Positions 1 through 10,363 of a stretch of DNA of 64,000 nt are shown piece by piece. Each line of letters opens with the position of its first letter. Positions within the stretch are counted from its first letter, which is position 1. Made by a program: the position numbers and the translations under genes. This DNA comes from Lentisphaerota bacterium (GTDB lineage Bacteria; Verrucomicrobiota; Lentisphaeria; Victivallales; Victivallaceae), in contig SUWE01000002.1 in NCBI GenBank assembly GCA_015061615.1, positions 30,023 through 94,022 on the forward strand, read 5' to 3'. The notes beneath the pieces are model-generated. The model was not told where the DNA came from, did no database searches, and was given only the letters and a program-made list of their open reading frames with translations.

Positions 1-1
1 G

Positions 2-139
2 GCAGAGCAGATGCGGCGCATCAATGAGCGCAACGGGTCAAAAGCCGCGCAAATGTTCAAGAGCAAGTGGATACCGTTGGAAGAAAAATATATCGGCACC
101 TTTGGAGTCGACAAAAAAGCTGACCTGATTATACGCTGA
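2..139 (+). CDS. 3' end of a CDS truncated by the window edge; the tail resembles uridine-kinase-like P-loop nucleoside kinases
   Basis: Frame 2 is open from the window edge to TGA at 137-139. It reads AEQMRRINERNGSKAAQMFKSKWIPLEEKYIGTFGVDKKADLIIR. The W-I-P-x-E-x-x-Y ... ADLII tail is typical of that kinase family. Only 45 aa are visible. Confidence 0.35.
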   Translation, partial: AEQMRRINERNGSKAAQMFKSKWIPLEEKYIGTFGVDKKADLIIR

Positions 140-408
140 AGCCGTGCGCAGCACAGAAACGCGCGAAGCGCTCAGCCGTGCGCAGCACCAAACTGCGCGA
201 AGCGCCAAGAGCAGCTTGCGCAGCAAGCGTGAAAAGTTTTTGCGAGCTTTTTACAAAAAGCGCTTAAATAAGTGCGCAGCACTTACCTGCGCGAAGCGCA
301 TAAACAAGCGCGAAGCGCATAAAAAAACACCCCTTGCGGCTTGCGGGCTACACCGGTTTCAGATACCGTCTGCGGCTTGCGGGCTTTAGGGTGCGCCGCT
401 GTCGGACT

Positions 409-727
409 TGTCCGACTTGTCCGACTTGTCTGACCTGTCCGACAAAGTGCCTTGCCGCGGCGCAGCCCGCAGGGCGAAGACGGGCGCCCCATAACGACTG
501 CGCGCCGCAGCGGGTATCAAGAGCGTGTCAGCCCGCAAGCCGCAGGGGTTCTGATTGCAAACAACCCGCTTTCTGCAAGCCGTGGGGTGAACGCTGAATT
601 ACAGCGGCACACCAAATCTGTCCGACTTGTCCGACTTGTCTGACCTGTCCGACAAAGTGCCTTGCCGCGGCGCAGCCCGCAGGGCGAAGACGGGCGCCCC
701 ATAACGACTGCACGCCACAGCGGGTAT
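409..727. repeat. Direct repeat pair, 109 nt each (409-517 and 619-727)
   Basis: TGTCCGACTTGTCCGACTTGTCTGACCTGTCCGACAAAGTGCCTTGCCGCGGCGCAGCCCGCAGGGCGAAGACGGGCGCCCCATAACGACTG...CGGGTAT occurs twice with a 210-nt offset and two substitutions. Confidence 0.9.
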
Positions 728-1223
728 ACCGAACCCATGTCAGCCCGCAAGCCGCAAGGGGTCAGTTTGCAAACGACCCACTTTCTGCAAGCCGTGGGGT
801 GGAGCTGCCAACTATGAATACTGGGAATACTGGGAATACTGGGGTTGGGTCTTGTGAGTGTCTGCAAACAACCCGCGCAGACTGCAAATAGCGCCGCCCC
901 CTTAAAAACCAGTATTCATAGTATTCTTAGTATTCTTAGTAATCACAGTAGCGGCGCACCATAAAGCCCGCAAGCCGCAGACGGTATACCGAACCCATGC
1001 CTGCCCGCAAGCCGCAGGGGTTCAGTTTGCAAACGCGCCGCTTTCTGCAAGCCGCGCGGTGGAGCTTTGCCCGACTGGGAATACTGGGAATACTGGGAAT
1101 ACTGGGGGTGGGTCTTGTGAGTGTCTGCAAACAACCCGCGCAGACTGCAAACAGCGCCGCACCCTTAAAAACCAGTATTCTTAGTGTTCTTAGTATTCTC
1201 AGTAATCACAGTAGCGGCGCACC
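728..1223. repeat. Direct repeat pair, about 235 nt each (728-960 and 988-1223); each copy can fold into a long hairpin
   Basis: Both copies start ACCGAACCCATG.C.GCCCGCAAGCCGCA and end AGTAATCACAGTAGCGGCGCACC. Each has (GAATACTGG)x3 (816-842; 1079-1105) facing CCAGTATTC-type 9-mers (909-944; 1172-1205). Confidence 0.9.
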
Positions 1224-1529
1224 CTATAATCTGCAAGCCGCAGGTGGTATCTAAAACCGGTGTAGCCCGCAAGCCGCAAGGGGTGTTTTTTTATGCGCTT
1301 CGCGCTTGTTTATGCGCTTCGCGCTTTATTATGGGGGCGCTTTTTGTAAAAAGCTCCCCCATGCCCCCGGCAAAAACTTTTCACGCTTGCTTCGCAAGCT
1401 GCTCTTGGCGCTTCGCGCTTGTTTTGTGCTGCGCACGGCTTGAGCGCTTCGCGCTGTTAAGTGCTGCGCACGGCTTGGGCGCTTCGCGCTTGTTTTGTGC
1501 TGCGCACGGCTTTACGCTCCGCGCCCCCT

Positions 1530-2816
1530 TCAATCAGCGTAGAACGCCGACCGCATCGCCCAGAGTCCGAGCGCAGGATTGCTGATGTAGAAAATCTCCT
1601 CTCCATTGACGACATTCACTCCGTCTTTGAGATTGGCGACATCATATTTCTTCATCACTTCATCCAAATCTCCGTACTCAAAGCCTACTGAACGGATTTC
1701 TTCTTCAGTGACCTTTTTTCCGGGGCAGTAGGTAATGGTGAATCTGCCTTCGCTTGAACCGTGGATCAAGTGCGCCGCCGCGCCGAGATTGTTGCGCAAA
1801 TCCTCATTTTCCGCAACCATTTTCAACGTGTGCGGCGTTCCTTTGTAGCCGTATTTGCGGATGAGACGGTCGATTTCAGGATCCTCACCGAACTCCTGCA
1901 ATCCCGGAGCCAGCACGATCAAATCGCCGTCATCGGCAATCGCCATGCGGGTACGGTAGACGGATTTATTGCCCAGCCATGTGCTTTTGAACTCCTCCGG
2001 ATCAAGGTAGACTATGACCTTTTTCAGCGGAGTATCCAACAGCTGCAAGTTCGTATCCACGCTCAACTGCGCCGCCGCCATAAAAGCATCATCGCCGGTA
2101 CCTGAAAAGAATCCGCGCATCGCCATTTTACCGTCATCACCGCGCGCCATAACCGTCTGCATATAAACGATCGGCAAATCTGAAAGATAGGTGTCTACTC
2201 CATAGTTGAAAAGACGGCGCACCGGACTGTCGGCGTGTCCCATGATCTTTTCCATATTGGATACCGCTCCGAGGAAGTGGGATTTGTTTATCATATCCGA
2301 CCCGCCGATGCCGACCATGATATTTTTGGTGTAGTTCGCCATTCCGACAACTTCGTGCGGAACCACCTGTCCGGCGGAAATGATGATATCGTAGTTGTCA
2401 AAAACTATTTTGTTCACTTCCACATTCACTTCATAGTCGAGCTTGCCGCCGGAAAGTTCGCTGATAAATTCGCTTGAAGCCTTGCCCATCGTTTTGACTC
2501 CGTTGCGCCAGTCGTGGACAAGGAATTTATCTTTCGGAATCTTTTTGCCGAACATGAGTTCCAACTGGGCATCACCCATCGCGTAGTGCGTTCCCAATGC
2601 GGGCATAATGTCAATGTGGCACTTATCCGCATAGTTTTCATAGATGATTTCAGTGATTCTTCCCGCGCAGGAGTTGAGACGGGTGTGGTCGGGGGGCAGA
2701 ATCAGCATCCGCTTGATATCTTTACCGCTTTTGGCAATCGTTTCAAGCACCAGACTCTGAAGCTCGCTGTCGCTGATGGAGAGATCAACGCCGCCTTTTT
2801 GTACATACATAGCCAT
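1530..2816 (-). CDS. LarA-like (DUF2088, lactate-racemase superfamily) protein, possibly a sugar-acid epimerase
   Basis: The ORF runs 1530-2873. The likely start is ATG 2816 (MAMYVQKGG), with AAAGG about 10 nt upstream. The LarA-type segment GQVVPHEVVGMANYTKNIMVGIGG keeps His and Lys where LarA binds its nickel-pincer cofactor. The specific function is inferred from neighbours only. Confidence 0.7.
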   Translation of the reverse strand: MAMYVQKGGVDLSISDSELQSLVLETIAKSGKDIKRMLILPPDHTRLNSCAGRITEIIYENYADKCHIDIMPALGTHYAMGDAQLELMFGKKIPKDKFLVHDWRNGVKTMGKASSEFISELSGGKLDYEVNVEVNKIVFDNYDIIISAGQVVPHEVVGMANYTKNIMVGIGGSDMINKSHFLGAVSNMEKIMGHADSPVRRLFNYGVDTYLSDLPIVYMQTVMARGDDGKMAMRGFFSGTGDDAFMAAAQLSVDTNLQLLDTPLKKVIVYLDPEEFKSTWLGNKSVYRTRMAIADDGDLIVLAPGLQEFGEDPEIDRLIRKYGYKGTPHTLKMVAENEDLRNNLGAAAHLIHGSSEGRFTITYCPGKKVTEEEIRSVGFEYGDLDEVMKKYDVANLKDGVNVVNGEEIFYISNPALGLWAMRSAFYAD

Positions 2817-2879
2817 AATAATCAACCTTTGTAAAAACGGCGGGCAACAAAATGTCCCCGCCGTCTGAATCAATTCAAC

Positions 2880-4337
<1,458 letters not shown>

Positions 4338-4378
4338 GATATGTGTTCCTTATAAATAATTGGATTTTGAATTACAGA

Positions 4379-5229
4379 TCAAACTCCGCTGAATGCCGCG
4401 AAACCGCCGTCGATCGGCAGAACGACACCGTTGATGAAACCGGCGGCTTCATCATCGAGCAGGAAAAGCAGAGCGCCGACCAGATCTTCCGGCTGACCGA
4501 ACTTGCCCATCGGAGTGTGGGTCAGAATGGTGTTGCCGCGCGCGGTAAGAGTTCCGTCGGGATTGGTCAGAAGAGTGCGGTTCTGATTGGTGAGGAAGAA
4601 TCCCGGAGCAATGGCGTTGACGCGGATATTGACCTTGGAAAAGTGAACCGCAAGCCACTGAGTGAAGTTGCTGATAGCCGCTTTGGCACCGCTGTAAGCC
4701 GGAATCTTGGTCAGGGGGCAGAAGGCATTCATACTGGAAATATTGATGACATTACCGCCGTTGTTCGCCGCCATGTGTTTGCAGAAGACCTGAGTCGGCA
4801 GCAGAGTTCCGAGGAAGTTCAAGTTGAAAACGAAACCGACACCTGCGGGGTCAAGATCGAAGAAAGTGGTGATGCCTTCAGCTTTGGCAAGCAGATCTTC
4901 TTTGGTCAGATACTCCTTGCTGGTAGTACCTTTGGGATTGTTGCCGCCGGCACCGTTGACAAGAATGTCACAGGGACCGAAAACTTCGCGGATTTTGGCT
5001 TCGGCAGCTTCGAGACTGGCAAGTTCAGAACGTTGGCGCTCAGACCGATAGCTTCTCCGCCGTCGGCAACGATTTCAGCCGCAACACTTTCCGCCGCTTC
5101 GGCACGCAGGTCGAGAATGGCAACTTTAGCTCCGGCTTTGGCAAGCGCCTTCGCCATCACACTGCACAGGATTCCGCCGCCGCCGGTAATAACGGCAACC
5201 TTGTCTTTCAATTCAACTTTCATCTTCAT
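4379..5229 (-). pseudogene. Short-chain dehydrogenase/reductase (UxuB/gluconate-5-dehydrogenase-like), interrupted by a -1 frameshift
   Basis: The N-terminal ORF (4906-5229) reads KDKVAVITGGGGILCSVMAKALAKAGAKV...GLSANVLN, then goes out of frame. The frame ending at 4379 continues ASLEAAEAKIREVFGPCDILVNGAGGNNPKG...NISSMNAF...YSGAKAA...IRVNAIAPGFF...DGGFAAFSGV. The span is 851 nt (3n-1). The frame switch lies within about 5020-5030. Confidence 0.8.
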
Positions 5230-5371
5230 ACTCCTTTGTTAAGTTTACAGATGAATATAATGTGGTTACATATAGATAAAATACCATTGATTCAGCATTT
5301 TTTCAAGCTGAAAGTCAATCTTTTCCAAAAGTTTGTTCATAAACTTTACAAATATTGAAAAACTCCGCTTC

Positions 5372-6301
5372 TCAACGCTCCTGTTTTTTACGGTCAAGCG
5401 AGCGGAGCAGCGCCGCACAACAACGCGAATAAGGAACCGCAAGAGCAAAGCGGTCGGCAATTTTCAGCATATTGCCGAGAACAGCATCGACTTCAAGCGG
5501 CAATCCGGCGGAGTAATCCTGAAGCATACTCGTTTTGTACGGCGGAAAATCCCGCGTATAAGCGAACTGCTCATCCGCCATCGCCCGGGTCAGTTTCACT
5601 CCGGAAGCATTGGCGCACAGAATAACCTCATCCATCAGCTCCGAACAGAGCTTTTCGATATCTCTGCCGTCGCAAAGTTCACGGGTATCCAAGCCGCCTG
5701 CCAGAACAGAAACAGGATTAAAGGGCAGATTCCACAACAGTTTCCGCCACCTTTCCAAAGCGATATCCTCTGTCACGCGACAGGGGACACCACCGGAAAT
5801 AAAAACTCCGGCAAGTTGACGGGCAAAGGGAGAATCCCCTCCCCCGAATCTGCCGATTATCAGACGTCCGGAACCGGTGTGAAGGATTTCACGGAAACTC
5901 TTTCTGGATGCACCGATATAGGCGACACAGCTGATTATTTCATTGTCAGGAAACGCCGAAGCGATCTCATCTTCAATACCGATACCATTCTGAAGCAGAA
6001 CCACCGGCGGATGGTGCGGAAGCTCCGCCGCCTCTCTCACAAGCTCCACGCGGTTTACATCGGGCAGAACCTTCGTCGCCAGCACGACAGCATCAATATC
6101 CGGGGAAATATCTTCATGACGGTCGATGACCCGCGCCGGGTGAAAAACGAAGTTTCCGGCGATACTCGTTATATCGTAACCCTTTTCACGGATTTCCGGA
6201 GCATTGCGGCGCACAAGCACTTCAACTTCAGCGCCGCCCGAAGCGGCACGTCCGCAGAAATAGGCACCGATACTGCCGGCTCCGATCAAAAGGAGTTTCA
6301 T
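5372..6301 (-). CDS. panE: 2-dehydropantoate 2-reductase (ApbA/PanE family)
   Basis: 309 aa. MKLLLIGAGSIGAYF Rossmann N-terminus. C-terminal KTSMLQD...LEVDAVLG motif. Confidence 0.8.
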   Translation of the reverse strand: MKLLLIGAGSIGAYFCGRAASGGAEVEVLVRRNAPEIREKGYDITSIAGNFVFHPARVIDRHEDISPDIDAVVLATKVLPDVNRVELVREAAELPHHPPVVLLQNGIGIEDEIASAFPDNEIISCVAYIGASRKSFREILHTGSGRLIIGRFGGGDSPFARQLAGVFISGGVPCRVTEDIALERWRKLLWNLPFNPVSVLAGGLDTRELCDGRDIEKLCSELMDEVILCANASGVKLTRAMADEQFAYTRDFPPYKTSMLQDYSAGLPLEVDAVLGNMLKIADRFALAVPYSRCCAALLRSLDRKKQER

Positions 6302-6984
6302 TTCGGGACTCCTTCAAAAATCTTACTGCCGACCCGGACTACCGTGGAGCCGCAGGCGATCGCCTGAGGGAAGTCTCCGCTCATTCCCATGGATAAAAGC
6401 GGGAGTTTTCTGCCGATGGCATTTTCACAATCCTCTTTCAAAATGCGCAGAGTGCTGAAGATTTTTTCAAGCTCCGCATCATCAGCTTCAAAAGGCGCCA
6501 TAGTCATCAATCCGGCGAAGTCGAGATTGACACACTTCGATGCGGCAAGCGCGATTTCCGGCAACTTTGAAGGAGTCATACCGCCTTTGGATTTCTCACC
6601 GGAAACATTGACCTCAAGCAGCACCTTCAAGCGGCGCTTTTCCTCACCGGCGATGCGCTCAAAACGCTCCAGCTGGGCAAGAGATTCAATGGAGTGGATG
6701 ACGTCGGCAAGTTTTACGACCTTGCGTATCTTATTGGATTGCACGGGACCTATAAAGTGCCATACGATATCATCGGGCATTGCCGCTTTTTTCATCGCCA
6801 GTTCCGGTTCGCGGTTTTCGGCAAATTCACGGATGCCGTACTCATAAAGCTCCATCATCACCGGAACGGGGATCGTTTTACTGACCGTAAGCAGCTGAAC
6901 CTGATCCACATCCCGCGAAGCAGCGGCACATGCGGCGGAAACATCCGCCTTGACTGCGGTATAATTATCAATGACTTTACTCAT
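6298..6984 (-). CDS. yggS: YggS-family pyridoxal-phosphate homeostasis protein
   Basis: 228 aa. Contains LLTVSKT (PLP-lysine context), HFIGPVQSNK and MGMSGDF. Overlaps panE by 4 nt. Confidence 0.9.
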   Translation of the reverse strand: MSKVIDNYTAVKADVSAACAAASRDVDQVQLLTVSKTIPVPVMMELYEYGIREFAENREPELAMKKAAMPDDIVWHFIGPVQSNKIRKVVKLADVIHSIESLAQLERFERIAGEEKRRLKVLLEVNVSGEKSKGGMTPSKLPEIALAASKCVNLDFAGLMTMAPFEADDAELEKIFSTLRILKEDCENAIGRKLPLLSMGMSGDFPQAIACGSTVVRVGSKIFEGVPK

Positions 6985-7895
6985 TTTTCCGCCCCGTTGG
7001 AGTTGAGCATCTTTTTGCGGTGTTCCGGCGGAAGCGCAGTGATTTTAGTTCCGGCAGGCAGACTTTCAGTAAGCCAGACGTTACCGCCGATAACGGAGTT
7101 GTCACCGATAAAGATATCGCCGAGAACCGATGCTCCGGAATAGATGGTGACATTGTTTCCGACCGTCGGGTGACGTTTGGCGCCTTTGATAAGCATTCCG
7201 CAGGCGTTTTTCGGGAAGTTTGCCGCACCGAGGGTGACACCCTGATAAATACGGACATTCTTACCGACGACAGCGGTTTCACCGACGACGACTCCGGTTC
7301 CGTGGTCGATAAAAATCCCTTCGCCCAGAGAAGCACCGGGGTGGATATCTATTCCGGTTTCGCCGTGGGCATATTCAGTCATCATACGGGGAATAAGCGG
7401 AACCTGAAGCACATAAAGTTCATGTGCAAGACGCTGGATGGCGACCGCCCGCACACCGGGATAACTCAAAATGATCTCGTCGAAACTTTTAGCTGCCGGA
7501 TCACCGTTATACGCCGCTTCGACATCTTTTTTCATGACTTCGCGGATTTGAGGAAGGCGGGCAAGGAGTTTCATTGCCAGCTCATCGCTTTTCCCACTGC
7601 ATCCGGCTTCACACGCATCGCAATCACCGCCGGAAATACGGCAGATGGCACGGGCGATCTGGTCGGCAAGCTCCCGGTGGCAATCCGCAAGCAGAACAGC
7701 CGACGACGGATAAGTTCCGGCGCGTTCAAATCCGGGGAAGATCAGTTCCAGAAGTTTTTCAGTGACAGCGACAACTTCACTGCGGCGGGGCAAACTGTCG
7801 CCGCAGGCATCATTGACCCCGAAGGCATCCTCATAGCTGGCGAGCAGTTCTTTATTTATCGCTTCAAGAGCGCTTTTCTTTTCCTGACGGTTCAT
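6981..7895 (-). CDS. cysE: Serine O-acetyltransferase (long form)
   Basis: 304 aa. Hexapeptide-repeat region is GIDIHPGASLGEGIFIDHGTGVVVGETAVVGKNVRIYQGVTLG. Has a SATase N-terminal helical domain. Confidence 0.9.
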   Translation of the reverse strand: MNRQEKKSALEAINKELLASYEDAFGVNDACGDSLPRRSEVVAVTEKLLELIFPGFERAGTYPSSAVLLADCHRELADQIARAICRISGGDCDACEAGCSGKSDELAMKLLARLPQIREVMKKDVEAAYNGDPAAKSFDEIILSYPGVRAVAIQRLAHELYVLQVPLIPRMMTEYAHGETGIDIHPGASLGEGIFIDHGTGVVVGETAVVGKNVRIYQGVTLGAANFPKNACGMLIKGAKRHPTVGNNVTIYSGASVLGDIFIGDNSVIGGNVWLTESLPAGTKITALPPEHRKKMLNSNGAEK

Positions 7896-7919
7896 ACGAT
7901 CAAATTCCTGAAAGAAGGG

Positions 7920-8801
7920 TTATTCCACATTTTGTATCTGTTCACGGATCTTTTCCATTTCCGCCTTGAAAGCCACGACCGTCGGCGAAGCTCCGCCGAC
8001 AGCGGCTTTGTTGCCCAAAGTGGTGATTTCGCGGAAAATTTCCTGAGCAAGAAAATCCATATTTCTGCCGCAGGGGGTTTCCGAAGCGAGGAATGCCCGG
8101 AATTGCACAAAATGGCTTGCCAGCCGGGTCAGCTCCTCAGTGACATCGCCTTTATCCACATAAAAGAGGAGTTCCCGCAAAAGAGCGGGGTCATCAGCAG
8201 AAACCGGCAGATTGCTGTTTTCCAGACGGCTCATTATGCGTTCTTCAGCCATTTCCGGATAGGCAGCGGTAAGTTCGGCAAGCTCCCTGTGCCACGCTTC
8301 AAGTTTTTCAAGCCGCGAAAGCAAATCAGCGGCAAGCGCTTCACCTTCGATACGGCGCATATTGTTGAAATCTTCAAGAGCGGCAAGCAGAGCATTTTCA
8401 AACGCCTGCTGAAGTTCCGGAGAATCAGAATTCTCCTTCTGTCCGGACAACACCCCCGGCACAGTGACGAGGTTTTCCACTGCGACTTCCGGAGACATAT
8501 TCGCCCGCACCCGTGCGGCGCGGCACTCTCTGACAAGTTTATCCAGAAGCGCGGTGTTGACTTCAAAATTATCCGCTCTGGCAGCGGCATCACAGACGGT
8601 ACAGCGCACTTGCAGAGAACCGCGGGAGATAGCCTGAGAAACAAGTTTGCGTCCAGGAATTTCAAAAGCCGCCATATCCTGCGGCAGAGAAAAACGGATC
8701 TCAAGCTGTTTGCGGTTGACAGAAGCGACTGCGACAGTTATTTTAGCACCATTGGAGCAGGAGCTTTCCCCCCTGCCGAATCCGGTCATACTCAAAAGCA
8801 T
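7920..8801 (-). CDS. yicC: YicC/YloC-family stress-induced protein
   Basis: 293 aa. MLLSMTGFGRGE N-terminus and EKIREQIQNVE C-terminus are typical of YicC. Confidence 0.9.
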   Translation of the reverse strand: MLLSMTGFGRGESSCSNGAKITVAVASVNRKQLEIRFSLPQDMAAFEIPGRKLVSQAISRGSLQVRCTVCDAAARADNFEVNTALLDKLVRECRAARVRANMSPEVAVENLVTVPGVLSGQKENSDSPELQQAFENALLAALEDFNNMRRIEGEALAADLLSRLEKLEAWHRELAELTAAYPEMAEERIMSRLENSNLPVSADDPALLRELLFYVDKGDVTEELTRLASHFVQFRAFLASETPCGRNMDFLAQEIFREITTLGNKAAVGGASPTVVAFKAEMEKIREQIQNVE

Positions 8802-8802
8802 C

Positions 8803-9582
8803 TTATTTACCTCCGGTAAGTTTCAATTCTTCTTCCGGCAATTTCTTCAATCCGTCAGCGGGTATCATCACGACCTTAACGGTATTTTCACCAAGCTCTT
8901 TATCATCAATGATTTGAGCAAAGCTGAAATCCCAGTCGCCCAAACCGGGTTTTGAAAGACCGGCAAAGACGAGGTTGCGTCCGTCAAGTTTCCACACCAG
9001 AGAATACTGGATTTTGTCCTCAGCATCTTTGCGGATCTTTGCCAATTCCTCCGGACTCTTTTTGCCGTCAGGATTGAAATTGAGGTCAAACTTTGTCCTG
9101 ATGAGATACGGAAACGAGAAACGGACATGATTTGCCTCCGTCACACCGAGATCATCAAAGAAGTTATCCTGAGCAAATTTCCGGGTTTTGCTGACCGCCT
9201 GAGCAAGAACCGGCTGATAACGGGTGTAATCACGCAGAATGATGCGGTTCGGATACCAGCCGTCCATGCGCGCACCGGAAACACCGAAGACCATATAGAG
9301 ATCTTTTTTCCCGGGAATCATCCATGTGACACAAATCTGCTGAAGTTCACTGACAAGTTTTTCATACCGCGTTTCCTCATCATGCGAACCGATAACGGGT
9401 GAGTGAAGAAGCAAAGGAGCATTGAAACGGACAAAATTTATATCCGCCGAACTCAAATCACGGCAGTTTTCCAGAAGGTACTTCCGCGCCCGCTCAACAG
9501 CCCGGTGCTGATAGTACAATTCCGAACGGCAGCCGCCGGCGATCAACGCCAGCAGCAAAACAAAAAAAGCTCTTTTCACCAT
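8803..9582 (-). CDS. Hypothetical lipoprotein
   Basis: The likely start is ATG 9582 (MVKRAFFVLLLALIAGGC), with GGAG 7 nt upstream. It has a signal peptide with an L-I-A-G-G-C lipobox. I recognise no family. Confidence 0.6.
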   Translation of the reverse strand: MVKRAFFVLLLALIAGGCRSELYYQHRAVERARKYLLENCRDLSSADINFVRFNAPLLLHSPVIGSHDEETRYEKLVSELQQICVTWMIPGKKDLYMVFGVSGARMDGWYPNRIILRDYTRYQPVLAQAVSKTRKFAQDNFFDDLGVTEANHVRFSFPYLIRTKFDLNFNPDGKKSPEELAKIRKDAEDKIQYSLVWKLDGRNLVFAGLSKPGLGDWDFSFAQIIDDKELGENTVKVVMIPADGLKKLPEEELKLTGGK

Positions 9583-9706
9583 AAAAAACTCCATTATGGA
9601 TTTGTTCAATTATTTGTGTCACTCATTAAAGATAACATTTAGTTGACAAAAGTCAATCTCAACAGTTGATTTTTGAAAAAAAAACACTATTTTATATTAA
9701 AAAAAC

Positions 9707-10363
9707 ATGGAGAAAGGCAGTTCTGTGATAAAAAAAGCATTTTTCGGCGGCAGTTTCGACCCGCCGCACACCGGGCATCTGGGAGTTGCCCGCGCGGCAC
9801 TGGATTCAGGGAAATGTGACGCGGTGGAGTGGTTCCCCGCCGCCGATCCCCCGCATAAGCAGAATCGCAAAAGGGCATCCTTTGCCGACCGCATGAATAT
9901 GGTAAGGTTGATGATCGCTGATGAAGCGCAAATGAGTGTTTCCGGCTTTGAGGCGGAAGCGGAACTGCACCCATCCTACACCTTCAACATACTTGCCGAA
10001 CTTGAAAAGCGCACCGGGATACGCTATATCCTTCTCATCGGCGCCGACAGTCTGCTTTCTCTGCACACATGGTACAACGCCCGTGAACTGGCAGAAAAGA
10101 CCGATTTCATCACCTATCCGCGTCCTGACTCTGAAGTGACGATGGAAAAACTGCTTCAGCACTGGGATGAAAAAATTGCAGAAAAACTGATGCAAAGTCT
10201 GATTTGCGGAACTTTTTTTGAAATATCTTCAACAGAAGTGAAAAATTCAATGGAAAAAAGAGCGTTCCGGCATCATATTATAGAGGAGCAGGGTTTGCAC
10301 CCCGCTGTAAGTGAATATATCCGCAAACGCGGTCTTTATCTTATTGGAAAGGAAAGTTTATGA
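9707..10363 (+). CDS. nadD: Nicotinate-nucleotide adenylyltransferase
   Basis: 218 aa. FFGGSFDPPHTGHL motif and ISSTEVK motif. Confidence 0.9.
   Translation: MEKGSSVIKKAFFGGSFDPPHTGHLGVARAALDSGKCDAVEWFPAADPPHKQNRKRASFADRMNMVRLMIADEAQMSVSGFEAEAELHPSYTFNILAELEKRTGIRYILLIGADSLLSLHTWYNARELAEKTDFITYPRPDSEVTMEKLLQHWDEKIAEKLMQSLICGTFFEISSTEVKNSMEKRAFRHHIIEEQGLHPAVSEYIRKRGLYLIGKESL

Larger units (their letters stand above)
141..1510. repeat. 1.37-kb non-coding composite palindrome: long imperfect inverted arms enclosing duplicated modules
   Basis: GCCGTGCGCA at 141-150 is the reverse complement of TGCGCACGGC at 1501-1510. Positions 328-359 (CACCCCTTGCGGCTTGCGGGCTACACCGGTTT) are the exact reverse complement of 1254-1285. 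GGGTGCGCCGCT at 389-400 pairs with AGCGGCGCACCC at 1213-1224. A GCCCGCAAGCCGCAG-type motif recurs at least 8 times in both orientations. The element fills the whole gap between two convergent stop codons (139 and 1530). Confidence 0.85.

Noticed and set aside
141-1510. Possible CRISPR array.
   Set aside because: The repeats are not a single 25-40-nt unit at regular spacing with unique spacers. They are inverted arms plus large duplicated modules, and no cas genes are nearby.
283-1585. ORFs inside the repeat region, such as 517-867 and 936-1130, share MQTLTRP.PSIPSIPSI. ORF 1184-1585 is also here.
   Set aside because: The shared peptide simply reflects the duplicated DNA, with PSI repeats arising from the 9-nt tandem units. 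The one start I checked (codon at 865-867) is TTG, and there is no RBS. The ORFs overlap each other on both strands.
4379-5229. Treating 4379-4822 and 4906-5229 as two separate genes, or as a programmed frameshift.
   Set aside because: Each piece alone is an incomplete SDR and the downstream piece starts on TTG. The other frame continues the SDR fold seamlessly across the gap. No slippery sequence or stimulatory structure is evident.
7020-8819. A very long + strand ORF (599 aa) lies antisense to cysE and yicC. Similar antisense ORFs occur at 5333-6367, 11975-13510, 42065-43348, 48530-49807, 50846-51940 and 52948-53844.
   Set aside because: For the two I checked by coordinate arithmetic (7020-8819 versus cysE/yicC, and 42065-43348 versus ftsH), the ORF is in the exact codon-complement frame of a gene with unmistakable homology on the other strand. 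That frame stays open whenever the sense gene avoids TTA, CTA and TCA codons, which seems to be the habit of this genome. I assume the same explanation holds for the others. The translations are low-complexity (R/S/G/F-rich) with no recognisable motifs or RBS.
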